From the NCBI GenBank assembly GCA_963761305.1, contig CAVXGK010000002.1, positions 3,264,001 to 3,328,000 of the forward strand: DNA of 64,000 nucleotides. Reading direction: 5' to 3'. Positions 47,931 through 57,456 of the stretch are shown here, piece after piece (position 1 is the stretch's first letter; each line of letters starts with the position of its first letter). Below the pieces are notes generated by a model. The model worked only from the letters and a program-made list of their open reading frames with translations. It did not search any database and had not been told where the DNA came from. Source of the DNA: an uncultured Gemmatimonadaceae bacterium. Lineage in GTDB: Bacteria > Gemmatimonadota > Gemmatimonadetes > Gemmatimonadales > Gemmatimonadaceae. Both the position numbers and the translations under genes were made by a program.

Positions 47931-48404
47931 TCAGAACCGAACGTCCGATCCCGAATCGGCCTTGCTCGCCGCCTTTCCACGCTTCTCCGATATCCGCTCC
48001 ACGACGATCGCGACTTCTCGATCGCTGAGTCCATTCGTGCGGTCGACCGCGCGCGCCAGATCCGCCTGGGCCACGATGCCGACGCAGTTGTCGCCGTCCA
48101 TCACCAGCACGCGTCGCACCTGATTGTCCGACATGACGCGCTGAACTTCCTTCACGTCGTCGTCGGCGCGAACGCTGCACAGCTTCTTCGTCGCGATCTC
48201 GCCGACCATCGCGGCGGAGTTCGTGCCGCTGGCCAGTCCGCGAATCACGAGGTCCCGGTCGGTGACGATGCCGACGGCGCGGCCGTTGTCCACGATCGGC
48301 ACCGCGCCGCAGTCGTGATCGCGCATCGCCTTCGCCACGTCGGCGAGAGAGTCGTTCGACGAACAGAAGCACGGATTCTTCGTCATGATGTCGGCGGCTT
48401 TCAT
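47931..48404 (-). CDS. CBS domain-containing protein
   Basis: GGAG SD; MKAADIMT, CGAVPIV, GIVTDRDL and GIVAQADL tandem CBS motifs. Confidence 0.92.
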   Translation of the reverse strand: MKAADIMTKNPCFCSSNDSLADVAKAMRDHDCGAVPIVDNGRAVGIVTDRDLVIRGLASGTNSAAMVGEIATKKLCSVRADDDVKEVQRVMSDNQVRRVLVMDGDNCVGIVAQADLARAVDRTNGLSDREVAIVVERISEKRGKAASKADSGSDVRF

Positions 48405-48649
48405 TTTGACGTCTCCCGGGAGGGCGCGTGGCGGCCGGCCTCGACGCGAGGTCGGACCATTCGAGATCCCGCGAGCGAGAGCTATGCCGAAATCGCCGGG
48501 CTCGACATCAGGGTGCGACCAGCACCTCCATTGCTCCCTGAACAGTCGGATCCGCGACCCGCCCGCAATGGCGTACGTGTGGCCCACGCGCCTGGCGAGC
48601 ACGAGCCCGGTGCTCGAGTCCGCGACCGCGACGCCGGCAGGCTGGCACT

Positions 48650-48952
48650 CTAACTCCTCGCCTCGTAAGTCCCCACTGCCTCGAGCACCGTCGTCACCGG
48701 CGGCACGTCGCACCGCTCGCGAATGCCGGCCGTAAACGCCTTGAACTCGGCGAGTTGCTGAAGCGGGTTCCGATCCGGATCCGCCACCGCGGCGAGATGA
48801 ACGAACGTCACGCCGTCGTCCAATCGATATGACGTGTAGCTCAAGCCGGGCGGCGTCGTGCGTGAGAGGGCCGAGAACACGTCGCGGATGAGCCGCGCGT
48901 TCTCGTCGGCCTGGTCGGGTCGTGTGGTGTAACGAACCATGATCTGTCTCAT
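48650..48952 (-). CDS. Small hypothetical protein, possibly a dimeric alpha-beta barrel (ABM-like)
   Basis: GAGG SD; MVRY...ENARLIRDVF...DGVTFVH pattern; divergent from the ECF sigma gene. Confidence 0.78.
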   Translation of the reverse strand: MRQIMVRYTTRPDQADENARLIRDVFSALSRTTPPGLSYTSYRLDDGVTFVHLAAVADPDRNPLQQLAEFKAFTAGIRERCDVPPVTTVLEAVGTYEARS

Positions 48953-48993
48953 GTGAGCCTCGCGCTGAGTTGACCTGAAGGGCTATCTAGTTT

Positions 48994-49072
48994 GTCGCCT
49001 TGCGAAGCCAAAAGGATACGCGAGCTCGCGGTTCCCCAAGCCGACGTATCCTTTTGCCGGGTCTCTTTCGTC
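48994..49072. promoter_or_regulatory. Pair of back-to-back candidate ECF sigma promoters
   Basis: Plus strand GTATCC-N17-CGTC (49046-49072); minus strand GTATCC-N16-CGAC (49019-48994); both share CGTATCCTTTTG. Confidence 0.65.
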
Positions 49073-49082
49073 GAACAAGGAA

Positions 49083-50009
49083 ATGACGTCTCTGGGTGAG
49101 AGCTCGACGGAGCTCGCGGCTACGCTCCAACAGTCGCTCGCGCCGCGAAAGGCATTCGTCGCGGCGGTCAGCGGCCTGCGTCCACGGCTGCATCGCTTCT
49201 GCGCTCGCATGTGCGGATCGACGCTCGACGGCGAGGACGTCGTCCAGGAAGTCCTCGCCGAAGCGTTCTTCAATCTCGCGTCGCTGAAGGACCCGGCTCG
49301 CTTCGAGGCGTGGATGTTCAGAATCGCCTACAACAAATGCATCGACTTCCTGCGACGCGAGCGACGCCACGACGACGTCGTTGCGTTCGACGCGGCCCAC
49401 GACCGCGCACCCGAGGTTGACGCCACGACCCCCGACGACGCGCCGATCGACGACGCGTTGGCGAAGCTGGTCGGCGGGTTGCCGCCGAAGGAGCGCGCGT
49501 CGGTTCTATTGAAGGATGTCCTCGACTACTCGCTCGCCGAGGTCGCCGACATCGCCGACACGACGCTCGGCGGCGTCAAAGCGGCGCTGCACCGAGGTCG
49601 TGCCAAGCTCCATCAGCTGAAATCCGTGCCCGCTCCGGCGGTCGCCGCGTTCGACGTCGAGCAACGAAAGCTCTTCGACGCCTACGCCGAGTGCTTCAAT
49701 CGGCGCGACTGGGAAGGCCTCAAGCATCTGGTCAGGGCCGACGCGCGCCTCGAGATCGTCGGCGCGGCCGAGGGTCGCATGTCCGACCTCGGCGTCACGT
49801 ACTCCGCCAACTACGCGGCGTTATCGCACGAGTGGAAGCTGTCCTCCGGCTCGGTCGACGGAACGCTCGCCATCATCCACTGGCGACGCGACGGATCGGC
49901 GTGGCAACCGCACACGGCGATCCGCCTCTGGTCGCAGGATGGAAGGGTCGTGCGGATTCGCGACTACATTCACGTCGACTATTTGCTCGCCGACGCGCGA
50001 ACGGAGTGA
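49083..50009 (+). CDS. ECF RNA polymerase sigma-70 factor with C-terminal SnoaL/NTF2-like extension
   Basis: Region 2 DGEDVVQE and WMFRIAYNKCIDFLR; region 4 LPPKER and VKAALHRGR; extension YAECFNRRDW...IRDY. Confidence 0.92.
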   Translation: MTSLGESSTELAATLQQSLAPRKAFVAAVSGLRPRLHRFCARMCGSTLDGEDVVQEVLAEAFFNLASLKDPARFEAWMFRIAYNKCIDFLRRERRHDDVVAFDAAHDRAPEVDATTPDDAPIDDALAKLVGGLPPKERASVLLKDVLDYSLAEVADIADTTLGGVKAALHRGRAKLHQLKSVPAPAVAAFDVEQRKLFDAYAECFNRRDWEGLKHLVRADARLEIVGAAEGRMSDLGVTYSANYAALSHEWKLSSGSVDGTLAIIHWRRDGSAWQPHTAIRLWSQDGRVVRIRDYIHVDYLLADARTE

Positions 50010-50013
50010 CCCG

Positions 50014-50388
50014 CTACTGCGTGACGACGATCGCCATCGACCCTTTCTTGGTCGAATCGGCCACGGCGCTCGCGGTAATGGTCACGCGTCCGGTTCTGAG
50101 GGCCAGAATGAAGCCCGATGTCGCATCGATGCTTGCGATGGTCGAGTCGGATGACAACCACAAGACGCCCTCGTTCGCCGACGCGGTGCATGATTGGACC
50201 TGCGCGGCGGGTTGGAAGTTCTGCCCAACCTGCATCGTGTCCAGCGACGGTGTGACGATCACCGACGCGACGGCGCAGCTGTCGCTGCTGCCGGTGCCTG
50301 GACCGATGCCGGCGAGGTTCGTGGTCAACGCCGTATCGCAGGCGGTGACGAGAATGGCAGCGAGGCTCAACAGGACGGCGGCTCTCAT
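50014..50388 (-). CDS. Ig-like (Big_2-type) domain lipoprotein
   Basis: GGAG SD; LVTAC lipobox; WLSSDSTIASID...TGRVTITA motif. Confidence 0.82.
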   Translation of the reverse strand: MRAAVLLSLAAILVTACDTALTTNLAGIGPGTGSSDSCAVASVIVTPSLDTMQVGQNFQPAAQVQSCTASANEGVLWLSSDSTIASIDATSGFILALRTGRVTITASAVADSTKKGSMAIVVTQ

Positions 50389-50580
50389 GTTCTCCGAATC
50401 GTTAACGTATATACAGAGAACAAGTTTGGCGGCCTGAGCGTTTGTTTGAATGCGCCGGATCACAGATCGCTGGCAAAGAATCGTTGCAGGGTGACCGGCG
50501 AGTGCGGCTATCGGCTTGCCCGGCGATGAAGAAAAACTTCTTTGTGCACGGCGCTCGCGTGCCCTCTCGTCCCTTGGGTA

Positions 50581-50624
50581 TTGACCGCTTATATCCCCAG
50601 GATATAAGCTGGTTATATCCTCAG
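50581..50624 (+). promoter_or_regulatory. Sigma-70 promoter overlapped by a palindromic operator (candidate PadR site)
   Basis: TTGACC-N16-TATAAG; perfect GCTTATATCC-CCA-GGATATAAGC (50587-50609); extra half-site TTATATCC at 50613. Confidence 0.7.
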
Positions 50625-50649
50625 CTGGTCCGGCCCCCCTCGGGACACC

Positions 50650-51018
50650 ATGATCAAGCGCAACGAGAAACCCGCGCTCGCCCGCATCGAGCTCCTCCAG
50701 GGAACGCTCGACCTCATCGTCCTCCAGGCTCTCCGCTGGGGGCCGCGCCACGGCTACGGTCTCGTGCAGATGATCGACGCCACGACCCGCGGTGTGCTGC
50801 AAGTCGACGCCGGCGCGATCTATCCCGCGCTCCACCGGCTCGAGCGCCAAAGGCTGATTGACGCCGAGTGGACCGTCTCCGAGAACAAACAGCGCGTCCG
50901 CCTCTATCGCCTCACCGCCGCCGGCCGCAAGCGACTCGCCGCCGAGCGCTCGAAGTGGGAGCAGATGTCGAACGCGATCGCCGAATTGTTCGTGCCGCCG
51001 ACCGCCGAGGAGGGCTGA
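50650..51018 (+). CDS. PadR family transcriptional regulator (type associated with ADOP permeases)
   Basis: LLQGTLDLIVL, HGYG, IYPALHRLE and YRLTAAGRKRL motifs. Confidence 0.94.
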   Translation: MIKRNEKPALARIELLQGTLDLIVLQALRWGPRHGYGLVQMIDATTRGVLQVDAGAIYPALHRLERQRLIDAEWTVSENKQRVRLYRLTAAGRKRLAAERSKWEQMSNAIAELFVPPTAEEG

Positions 51019-51021
51019 GAC

Positions 51022-53700
51022 ATGTTCTGGCGCAGCCGATCATCGCGCACGCGCGATCTGAACGCCGAAATGCAAACTCACCTCGACATGGCGATCCGCG
51101 ACCGGATCGCGCGCGGCGAATCGCCGGACGACGCGGCGCGAAACGCGCGACGCGGGTTCGGCGATCAAACCACCGTGCGCGAGTCGACGAGCGACATGTG
51201 GAGCAGCGACTGGCCCCATCAGATTGCCCAGGAGTTCAGGCAGGCGGCGCGCAGCCTCGCGCGCGTCCCCGTGTTCTCGCTCGCCGCGGTGCTGACCCTC
51301 GCACTCGGCATCGGCGCGAACACCGCGATCTTCAGCGTCATCAACGGCGTGGTGCTTCGGCCGCTGCCGTTCGCCAAGCCGGAACAGCTCGTCTACATCA
51401 CGAGCCAGTTCTCCAAGATGAACCTCGACCACTTCCCGCTCGACGGAGCGGAGTTCATCGAGCTGAGCGAGCGGAATCATTCGTTCAAGGACGTAGGCGC
51501 GTACTCCGTCGGCGCGGCGAACGTCGGCGCGGACGAAAGTCCCCGGCGCGTCACCTCTGCGGTCGCGTCGGCGAGTCTGTTCACCGCGATGGGCGTGCCG
51601 CCCATCTCCGGTCGCACGTTCCGGCAGGAGGAGACGCTTCCCAACGGACCCTCAGTCGTCGTGATCTCGCGCGACCTCTGGGAGAGCGCGTTCGGCGGAC
51701 GCCCCGTCGTCGGCCAGCAGATTCAGGTGGACGGCATCGCCCGCACCGTGATCGGCATCATGCCGAGCGGATTCGACGTGCACGACGAGGGCGTGCAGGT
51801 GTGGCTGCCGTTGGTGATCGATCCGGCGAACCGCAATCAATTCCGCGGCGGCCACTTCCTCACCCTCGTCGGGCGGCTCAAGGACGGAGTCTCGATCGAC
51901 CGTGCGCGCAGCGATCTCGAAACGATGATGGCGCAGTGGAACGTCCTCGACGGCGGCGATGGCCGTCCGCCGTCCGAGTGCTGCAGCCCCGGCTACGTTC
52001 ACACGCCGCACCCGAAGGAGCATCGCCTGCGCTACGACAACTTGCAGGCGGACATCGTCGGCGGCATCGGACGGACGCTGTGGCTTCTCCAGGCCGCGGT
52101 CGGGTTCGTCCTCCTCATCGCCTGCGCGAATCTCGCCAATCTGCTGCTCATCCGTGCCGAGGGTCGTCACAAGGAGCTCGCGCTTCGCGCCGCACTCGGC
52201 GCCGGGCGTGGACGATTGGTCCGGCAGTTCCTCGCCGAGAGCCTCGTGCTGTCCGTCGTCGGTGCGGCGGCCGGAGTGGCGCTGGCGCGAGTCGGGCTCA
52301 AGATCTTCGTGGCCGCCGGAGCGCAGAGCATTCCGCGCGCCGCCGCCGTCGGGATCGACGGGCGCGTGTTGGCGTTCACGCTGCTCATCGCCGTCGGCAC
52401 GGGTGTGATCTTCGGCCTCGCGCCGGCGCTGCACCTGAGCGTCGGCAATCTCGGACTCACACTACGAGAAGCGGGGAGCCGGACGACGACGGTCGGCGCG
52501 CGCAGCAGGATGCGCAACGCGCTCGTGATCGGCGAGATGGCGCTCGCCGTCACGCTGGTGATCGGCGCCGGTCTGTTGATCAAGAGCTTCGCGAACCTCA
52601 TGGCGGTGGATGCGGGCTTCGACAGAACGCATCTCACGACCTTCCGTATTGCGCTCCCGCCGCGCGTGTACCGCGACACCGTTCGACGGGTGGCGTTCTT
52701 CGACAACGTGACGCGCGAGTTGGCGGCGGTGCCGGGCGTGCGTGCGACGGCGGCGATGTCCGGCCTTCCGCCACAGCGTTTCGTGAACGCGAACGACACC
52801 GAAATCGAGGGCTACGTGCCGCCGCCGGGCGACCAGAAGATGCCCAACCTCGACTTCTACCAATTCACCACGCCGACCTACTTCACGACGATGCGCATTC
52901 CGATCGTCGCCGGTCGCGGGTTCGGGCAGCAGGACGGGCCGCTGTCGAATCCGGTCGCGCTCATCAATGAAACGACGGCGAAGCGATACTATGGAAGCGT
53001 CAGCCCGGTGGGCCGTCGCATTCGACCGAACGGCAATCCGACCTGGTTCACGATCATCGGCGTCGCCAAGGACGTGAAACAGGGCGGCGTAAACTCGAAG
53101 ACCGGCACCGAGCTGTACCTCGACTACGAGCAATTGCCGCGGCAGACGGGGTTCGTGCCGCCGAACATGTACGTCGCCGTGCGATCGGAGCTCGACAAGA
53201 CGGTGCTGGCACCGAGCATTCGTAGAGTGGTGAGCGGTCTAGATCCGTCGCTGCCGATCGTACAATTGCGGAGTATGGACGAAGTGTTCGGCGACTCCGT
53301 CGCGCAGCCGCATTTCCTCGCTCAGCTGCTCGCCGTGTTCGCGCTCGTCGCGCTCGTGCTCTCAGCCGTCGGCACGTACGGCGTCGTCGCCTACTCGATC
53401 ACCGAACGCGTGCGCGAGATCGGCATTCGTATGGCGCTCGGCGCCAGCGCCGAACGCGTACTCGGCATGGTGCTGCGACAAGGGTTCGCGCTCGGCGTCG
53501 CCGGCGTGGCGCTCGGGGTGCTCGGCGCCGCGGCCGTGACCCGGCTGATGTCGACGCTGTTGTTCGGCGTGAAGCCGGTCGACGCCACGACGTTTGGCGC
53601 GGTGGCGGTGCTGATGTTGATCGTCGCGTGTCTGGCGGCGTACGTGCCGGCGCGGAGGGCGACGCGAGTGGATCCGCTGACCGCTCTGCGAGCGGAGTGA
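51022..53700 (+). CDS. ADOP family duplicated ABC permease with N-terminal prefix domain
   Basis: EMQTHLDM...ARRGFG prefix; LTLALGIGANTAIFS, ACANLANLL, REIGIRMALGA and PARRATRVDP motifs. Confidence 0.94.
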   Translation: MFWRSRSSRTRDLNAEMQTHLDMAIRDRIARGESPDDAARNARRGFGDQTTVRESTSDMWSSDWPHQIAQEFRQAARSLARVPVFSLAAVLTLALGIGANTAIFSVINGVVLRPLPFAKPEQLVYITSQFSKMNLDHFPLDGAEFIELSERNHSFKDVGAYSVGAANVGADESPRRVTSAVASASLFTAMGVPPISGRTFRQEETLPNGPSVVVISRDLWESAFGGRPVVGQQIQVDGIARTVIGIMPSGFDVHDEGVQVWLPLVIDPANRNQFRGGHFLTLVGRLKDGVSIDRARSDLETMMAQWNVLDGGDGRPPSECCSPGYVHTPHPKEHRLRYDNLQADIVGGIGRTLWLLQAAVGFVLLIACANLANLLLIRAEGRHKELALRAALGAGRGRLVRQFLAESLVLSVVGAAAGVALARVGLKIFVAAGAQSIPRAAAVGIDGRVLAFTLLIAVGTGVIFGLAPALHLSVGNLGLTLREAGSRTTTVGARSRMRNALVIGEMALAVTLVIGAGLLIKSFANLMAVDAGFDRTHLTTFRIALPPRVYRDTVRRVAFFDNVTRELAAVPGVRATAAMSGLPPQRFVNANDTEIEGYVPPPGDQKMPNLDFYQFTTPTYFTTMRIPIVAGRGFGQQDGPLSNPVALINETTAKRYYGSVSPVGRRIRPNGNPTWFTIIGVAKDVKQGGVNSKTGTELYLDYEQLPRQTGFVPPNMYVAVRSELDKTVLAPSIRRVVSGLDPSLPIVQLRSMDEVFGDSVAQPHFLAQLLAVFALVALVLSAVGTYGVVAYSITERVREIGIRMALGASAERVLGMVLRQGFALGVAGVALGVLGAAAVTRLMSTLLFGVKPVDATTFGAVAVLMLIVACLAAYVPARRATRVDPLTALRAE

Positions 53701-53701
53701 G

Positions 53702-53730
53702 GACGGCCGGCGGCTAAGCCGCCAGCCGTC
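53702..53730. terminator. Hairpin between convergent genes
   Basis: GACGGC-C-GGCGGC-TAA-GCCGCC-A-GCCGTC. Confidence 0.5.
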
Positions 53731-53737
53731 GGCCCGC

Positions 53738-54613
53738 TCACCCTTTGTCGTCGAACGTCACTACCTGCTGCACAGCGTCCAGCGGCCGATCCACCTTGTC
53801 GCCCATCGGCGCCACGGCCGTTCCCACGGCGAAGAACTCGATCGCGTTCGCGCCCCAACCCCAGTTCGACTCTTCGACTCGCGCCCCGACGATCCCGACG
53901 CCGCCGCGCTCGATCGCCTCGGCTTGCATCCGCTCGATCGCCAGCTCGCGCGCCGCGTACGTCGCGTCGGTGTAGACCTTCATCTCCTGATTGCGGCCGG
54001 CCTGCTTGAGCGCCTGCATGAAACTCAAATGCGCGATATGGTACACGCACGCGCCCATCGCCAGGCTCACCGGCCGATACCCGCCGCGCACGAGCTTCCA
54101 CAAATCCTGACCACTGAGATCCGACGTGAACGGGCGGTTGTCCTTTGTGCGAAAGCTGCCCTTTCGTTCGCGATGCCGAATGCCCGTGCCGACCGCCTGA
54201 AATTCGAGCACGCCCTCGTCCATCGCGTATTCCTTGAAGATGAGACGCACGCCCACGACGCCGTCGGCGCCGAGCAGGTCGGCCTCCTCTTCCATGCGCG
54301 TCATCGCAAGCTCGCGCGCGTCGAACATCGCTTTGGTCAACACGCCGAGCTCCTGACTCACGCTCCACTTCTGCCACTGAAATCCGACGTGGTAGATCGA
54401 CGAGCCCATGACCAGTCCGAGCGCTTCGAAGCCGGCTTGCTCGACGAGCAGAAACTCGTCCACCGTGAGATCGCTCGTGAAGAAGGCAGGTCGGTCGCCG
54501 GCGCCGCGCATCGCGCGCAGACGCTCGGCGGCCCCGCTCGGAAGATTGGCCGTCGACCCCGGGACGTAGTCCGGCATGATGGCTCCCTGTCGTGAATCGT
54601 TAGAAGTGGACAT
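53738..54613 (-). CDS. Tandem YbjQ/UPF0145 (putative heavy-metal-binding) domain protein
   Basis: Internal duplication: FTSDL...ARELA..RM..EA...GADGVVGV/GVGIVGA...EF.AVGT occurs twice. Confidence 0.87.
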   Translation of the reverse strand: MSTSNDSRQGAIMPDYVPGSTANLPSGAAERLRAMRGAGDRPAFFTSDLTVDEFLLVEQAGFEALGLVMGSSIYHVGFQWQKWSVSQELGVLTKAMFDARELAMTRMEEEADLLGADGVVGVRLIFKEYAMDEGVLEFQAVGTGIRHRERKGSFRTKDNRPFTSDLSGQDLWKLVRGGYRPVSLAMGACVYHIAHLSFMQALKQAGRNQEMKVYTDATYAARELAIERMQAEAIERGGVGIVGARVEESNWGWGANAIEFFAVGTAVAPMGDKVDRPLDAVQQVVTFDDKG

Positions 54614-54626
54614 CAGTGACCGGCGA

Positions 54627-55016
54627 TCAGCTGGTGGAGCTCAACCAGGTCCGCAGCGCATCGCGTCCGCGCTCGGTTCGTTTCAGCTCGACGTCGAGCG
54701 CGAGGCCCAGCTCGGCGAGAAAGTCTTCGATCTCGAGCGACATGTTGCGCACGACGACACCGCGCACTTCCTGTTGGCGCACGGCCTCGAACGAGCCGTT
54801 CGAGCTTCGTCTGAGCGCGTAGACGAAACCACCGAGCGGGAGTCGAACGGCCGTCACGCGCCGGCGCAGCAGCGCACGCTCAACCTGAACGCCGGGGACG
54901 ACGTCGGAGAGCATCGACACGAGCTCGTCGAGCAGCGCGTCGCGGTCCTCTCGGCTTCGCTGAGCGAGGATCGCGGCAACGCTCGCGCCCTCGAACGACG
55001 GCGAGGAGTCGGACAT
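54627..55016 (-). CDS. Hypothetical protein
   Basis: 129-aa ORF co-oriented with, and 13 nt upstream of, the YbjQ-like gene. Confidence 0.7.
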   Translation of the reverse strand: MSDSSPSFEGASVAAILAQRSREDRDALLDELVSMLSDVVPGVQVERALLRRRVTAVRLPLGGFVYALRRSSNGSFEAVRQQEVRGVVVRNMSLEIEDFLAELGLALDVELKRTERGRDALRTWLSSTS

Positions 55017-55219
55017 CGTCGAGAAGCTAGCCGGACAGCCGCGGCGCTAACAGACTCGGCTGCCGTCTACGGCTCGGCTTGCGGCCGATGGCCGAGGGGG
55101 GGGACTGGCTTGGCGGACGCGACAGAAAATGAAAGGCCCAGGGCGGCACGCCCCGCCCCGCGCGGTGTAGGACTTTGGGCCTTACCACCATCTCACAACC
55201 AGAGTTATGAGGAGTTTCG

Positions 55220-56836
55220 ATGTCAGCATTGTGGCGTAATCGATGGGGCCGCCGCTCCACCGTCGCCTTGTCGGTCATAGGAGTCGCGGTGGCAGCAGCC
55301 GTCGCCGAGCGCCCCAGCGCGGCACACGGCGCAACGTCGCCGTCCGACACCTCGAGCGTCAAGCGCGCTTCGGCAACGACCCCGGCTGTAGCAAAGTTGG
55401 AGGACCTCAGTGACGCGTTTGCGACGATCGCCGCGCGCGTGAAACCGAGCGTCGTGTACATCATTGCGACGCAGAACGGCGAGCCCGTTGCTCACCGCGG
55501 CGGCCGGCAGCGGCCCCAGCAAACACCGGGACTCGACCAGATCCCGCCTGAGTTCCGTCAATTCTTCCAGATGCCTGGTGGCGGGGGCGGACCGGAGGAG
55601 GCACCACCGCAGGGTCGCTCCGTCGCGTCCGGCTCGGGCTTCATCGTCTCGGCCGACGGGTACATCCTCACCAACAACCACGTCGTCGACGGCGCGAGTG
55701 ACGTGCGTGTACGCCTGCTCGATCGCCGTGAGTACAAGGCCAAGGTCGTTGGCCGCGATCCGAACACCGACGTGGCCGTGATCAAGATCGACGCAACCGA
55801 CCTCACGCCGGCTCCGCTCGGCGACAGCGAGGCGTCGCGCGTCGGCGAGTGGGTGCTCGCGGTCGGCAATCCGCTCGGCGAGAACCTCACGTTCACCGTG
55901 ACCCAGGGCATCATCAGCGCCAAGGGTCGCGTACTCGGCATGCCGGGCCAGTCCCAGCAGACCATTCAAGATTTCATTCAGACCGACGCGGCGATCAACC
56001 CCGGAAACTCCGGCGGACCGCTCGTGAACGTTCGTGGTGAAGTAATCGGTATCAACAGCGCGATCGAGAGCCCGACAGGCTACAACACGGGCTACGGTTT
56101 CGCCGTGCCGATCAATCTTGCGCGCGCCGTCATGAGCCAGATCATCAAGTCCGGTCACGTCGATCGCGTTGCGCTCGGCATCTCAGTGCGTGACGCGAGT
56201 GCCGATGACGCGGCCTACGTCGGCGCGAAGCAGATCGGCGGTGTGCTCGTCGAGGATTTCGCCGACAAGAACTCGGCGGCTGCGAAGGCCGGGTTGGTGG
56301 CTGGTGACGTGATCGTCGCCGTGGACGGCAAGCCGATCAGCTACGTGGCACAGCTCCAGGAGATGATCGCGTTCCGCAAGCCCGGGGACATGGTCACGCT
56401 CGACGTGGCGCGCAAAGGCGGGCAGCGGGCAACCGTTCGCGTTCCGCTCCAGCGTGCGTCAACAGGTGAAGAGTCGACGCCGTCGAACGACCATGGCGAC
56501 GCCGATAGAACGAAGGGTTCGTCCATGCATATGCTCGGAGCGAGCGGCGTGGCGGTCGACGCCCAGGCGGCGCAGGAACTTCGGCTTCCATCCGACATCC
56601 GCGGAGTCATCGTGACCGGGGTCGAAGACGGAAGTTCGGCCGAGAGCCATCTGGCGACGCCCGAAGAGGGTGGCCCCGACATCATTCTTTCCGTCGAGGG
56701 AACGCCGGTTCAGACGCCCGAGCAACTGCGGGCGGCGTTGAACAACATGAAGGCAGGCAGCATCGTGACGCTGAGCGTGTACAACGTGCCGGCGAAGTCG
56801 AAGCGGATCGAGAGAGTGCGGCTGGGCGGGCAATAA
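55220..56836 (+). CDS. htrA: HtrA/DegP family serine protease with two PDZ domains
   Basis: GAGGAG SD; GSGFIV, TNNHVV, TDVAVIK and QTDAAINPGNSGGPL motifs; two PDZ-like segments. Confidence 0.95.
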   Translation: MSALWRNRWGRRSTVALSVIGVAVAAAVAERPSAAHGATSPSDTSSVKRASATTPAVAKLEDLSDAFATIAARVKPSVVYIIATQNGEPVAHRGGRQRPQQTPGLDQIPPEFRQFFQMPGGGGGPEEAPPQGRSVASGSGFIVSADGYILTNNHVVDGASDVRVRLLDRREYKAKVVGRDPNTDVAVIKIDATDLTPAPLGDSEASRVGEWVLAVGNPLGENLTFTVTQGIISAKGRVLGMPGQSQQTIQDFIQTDAAINPGNSGGPLVNVRGEVIGINSAIESPTGYNTGYGFAVPINLARAVMSQIIKSGHVDRVALGISVRDASADDAAYVGAKQIGGVLVEDFADKNSAAAKAGLVAGDVIVAVDGKPISYVAQLQEMIAFRKPGDMVTLDVARKGGQRATVRVPLQRASTGEESTPSNDHGDADRTKGSSMHMLGASGVAVDAQAAQELRLPSDIRGVIVTGVEDGSSAESHLATPEEGGPDIILSVEGTPVQTPEQLRAALNNMKAGSIVTLSVYNVPAKSKRIERVRLGGQ

Positions 56837-56861
56837 AAGCTCGTCTCGCTGAATGAGATTC

Positions 56862-56901
56862 AACGCCGTGGCGAGTCTGCTCGCCACGGCGTTCTCTTTT
56901 T
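56862..56901 (+). terminator. Rho-independent terminator of htrA
   Basis: 14-bp stem AACGCCGTGGCGAG-TCTG-CTCGCCACGGCGTT followed by CTCTTTTT. Confidence 0.85.
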
Positions 56902-56942
56902 GCGGCGATCACGCGCCGAGCCGTCGTCGATGGGTGTTGCCG

Positions 56943-57350
56943 TCAGCGTCGGCTCGCAGTTGGCTCGCCGGCGAGTCGAAGCTCGCGCCATTCCACGCGC
57001 CCGTGTCGGATCGCATCGCGGATTCGTCGTTCGCGAGTGGAGAGCGCGGCATCGCCCGTCTTGATCTCGACGAAAACGATTCGGCGCAGCTCGCCTTCAT
57101 CCAGTCCGTCGAACACGACGAAGTCCACGGGCTTGCCGATGAACTGCGCGTCCTTGGGATTGAACTCGAACGACGGAAAGTACGCGGCGAATTGCTCGAA
57201 CACTTGTCCGCGCGTCACCGCTCGGCTCTGACTCACTGCGTCTCGCCGAATGTCCCGTGAGCGCCGAGCGTGCCGGAGCGCCGCGAACATCGACGCCAGC
57301 GCTCCGCCGATCACGGCGCCGAGCACGAGTCCCGCGATCAGGTTTGCCAT
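56943..57350 (-). CDS. Holliday junction resolvase-like PD-(D/E)XK protein with N-terminal membrane anchor
   Basis: GGAG SD; TM helix; SRAVTRGQVFEQ, PVDFVVFDG and FVEIKTG motifs. Confidence 0.82.
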   Translation of the reverse strand: MANLIAGLVLGAVIGGALASMFAALRHARRSRDIRRDAVSQSRAVTRGQVFEQFAAYFPSFEFNPKDAQFIGKPVDFVVFDGLDEGELRRIVFVEIKTGDAALSTRERRIRDAIRHGRVEWRELRLAGEPTASRR

Positions 57351-57456
57351 GTCTCCGCCGTTCACAGTCCACCCGTCCCGCCGTCTACCTCGGTCCAAGG
57401 TACGCCTGTCCGCTCGGGCTCGCCAAGCAAAATCGTTCGCGACGGAATAGAATGCC

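Noticed and set aside
48474..48489. Sigma-54-like site (CGGCATAGCTCTCGCT, minus strand) upstream of the CBS gene
   Set aside because: GG-N10-GC spacing fits, but both flanks deviate from consensus; too weak to call
55096..55103. G8 tract upstream of htrA
   Set aside because: Not positioned between recognisable promoter elements
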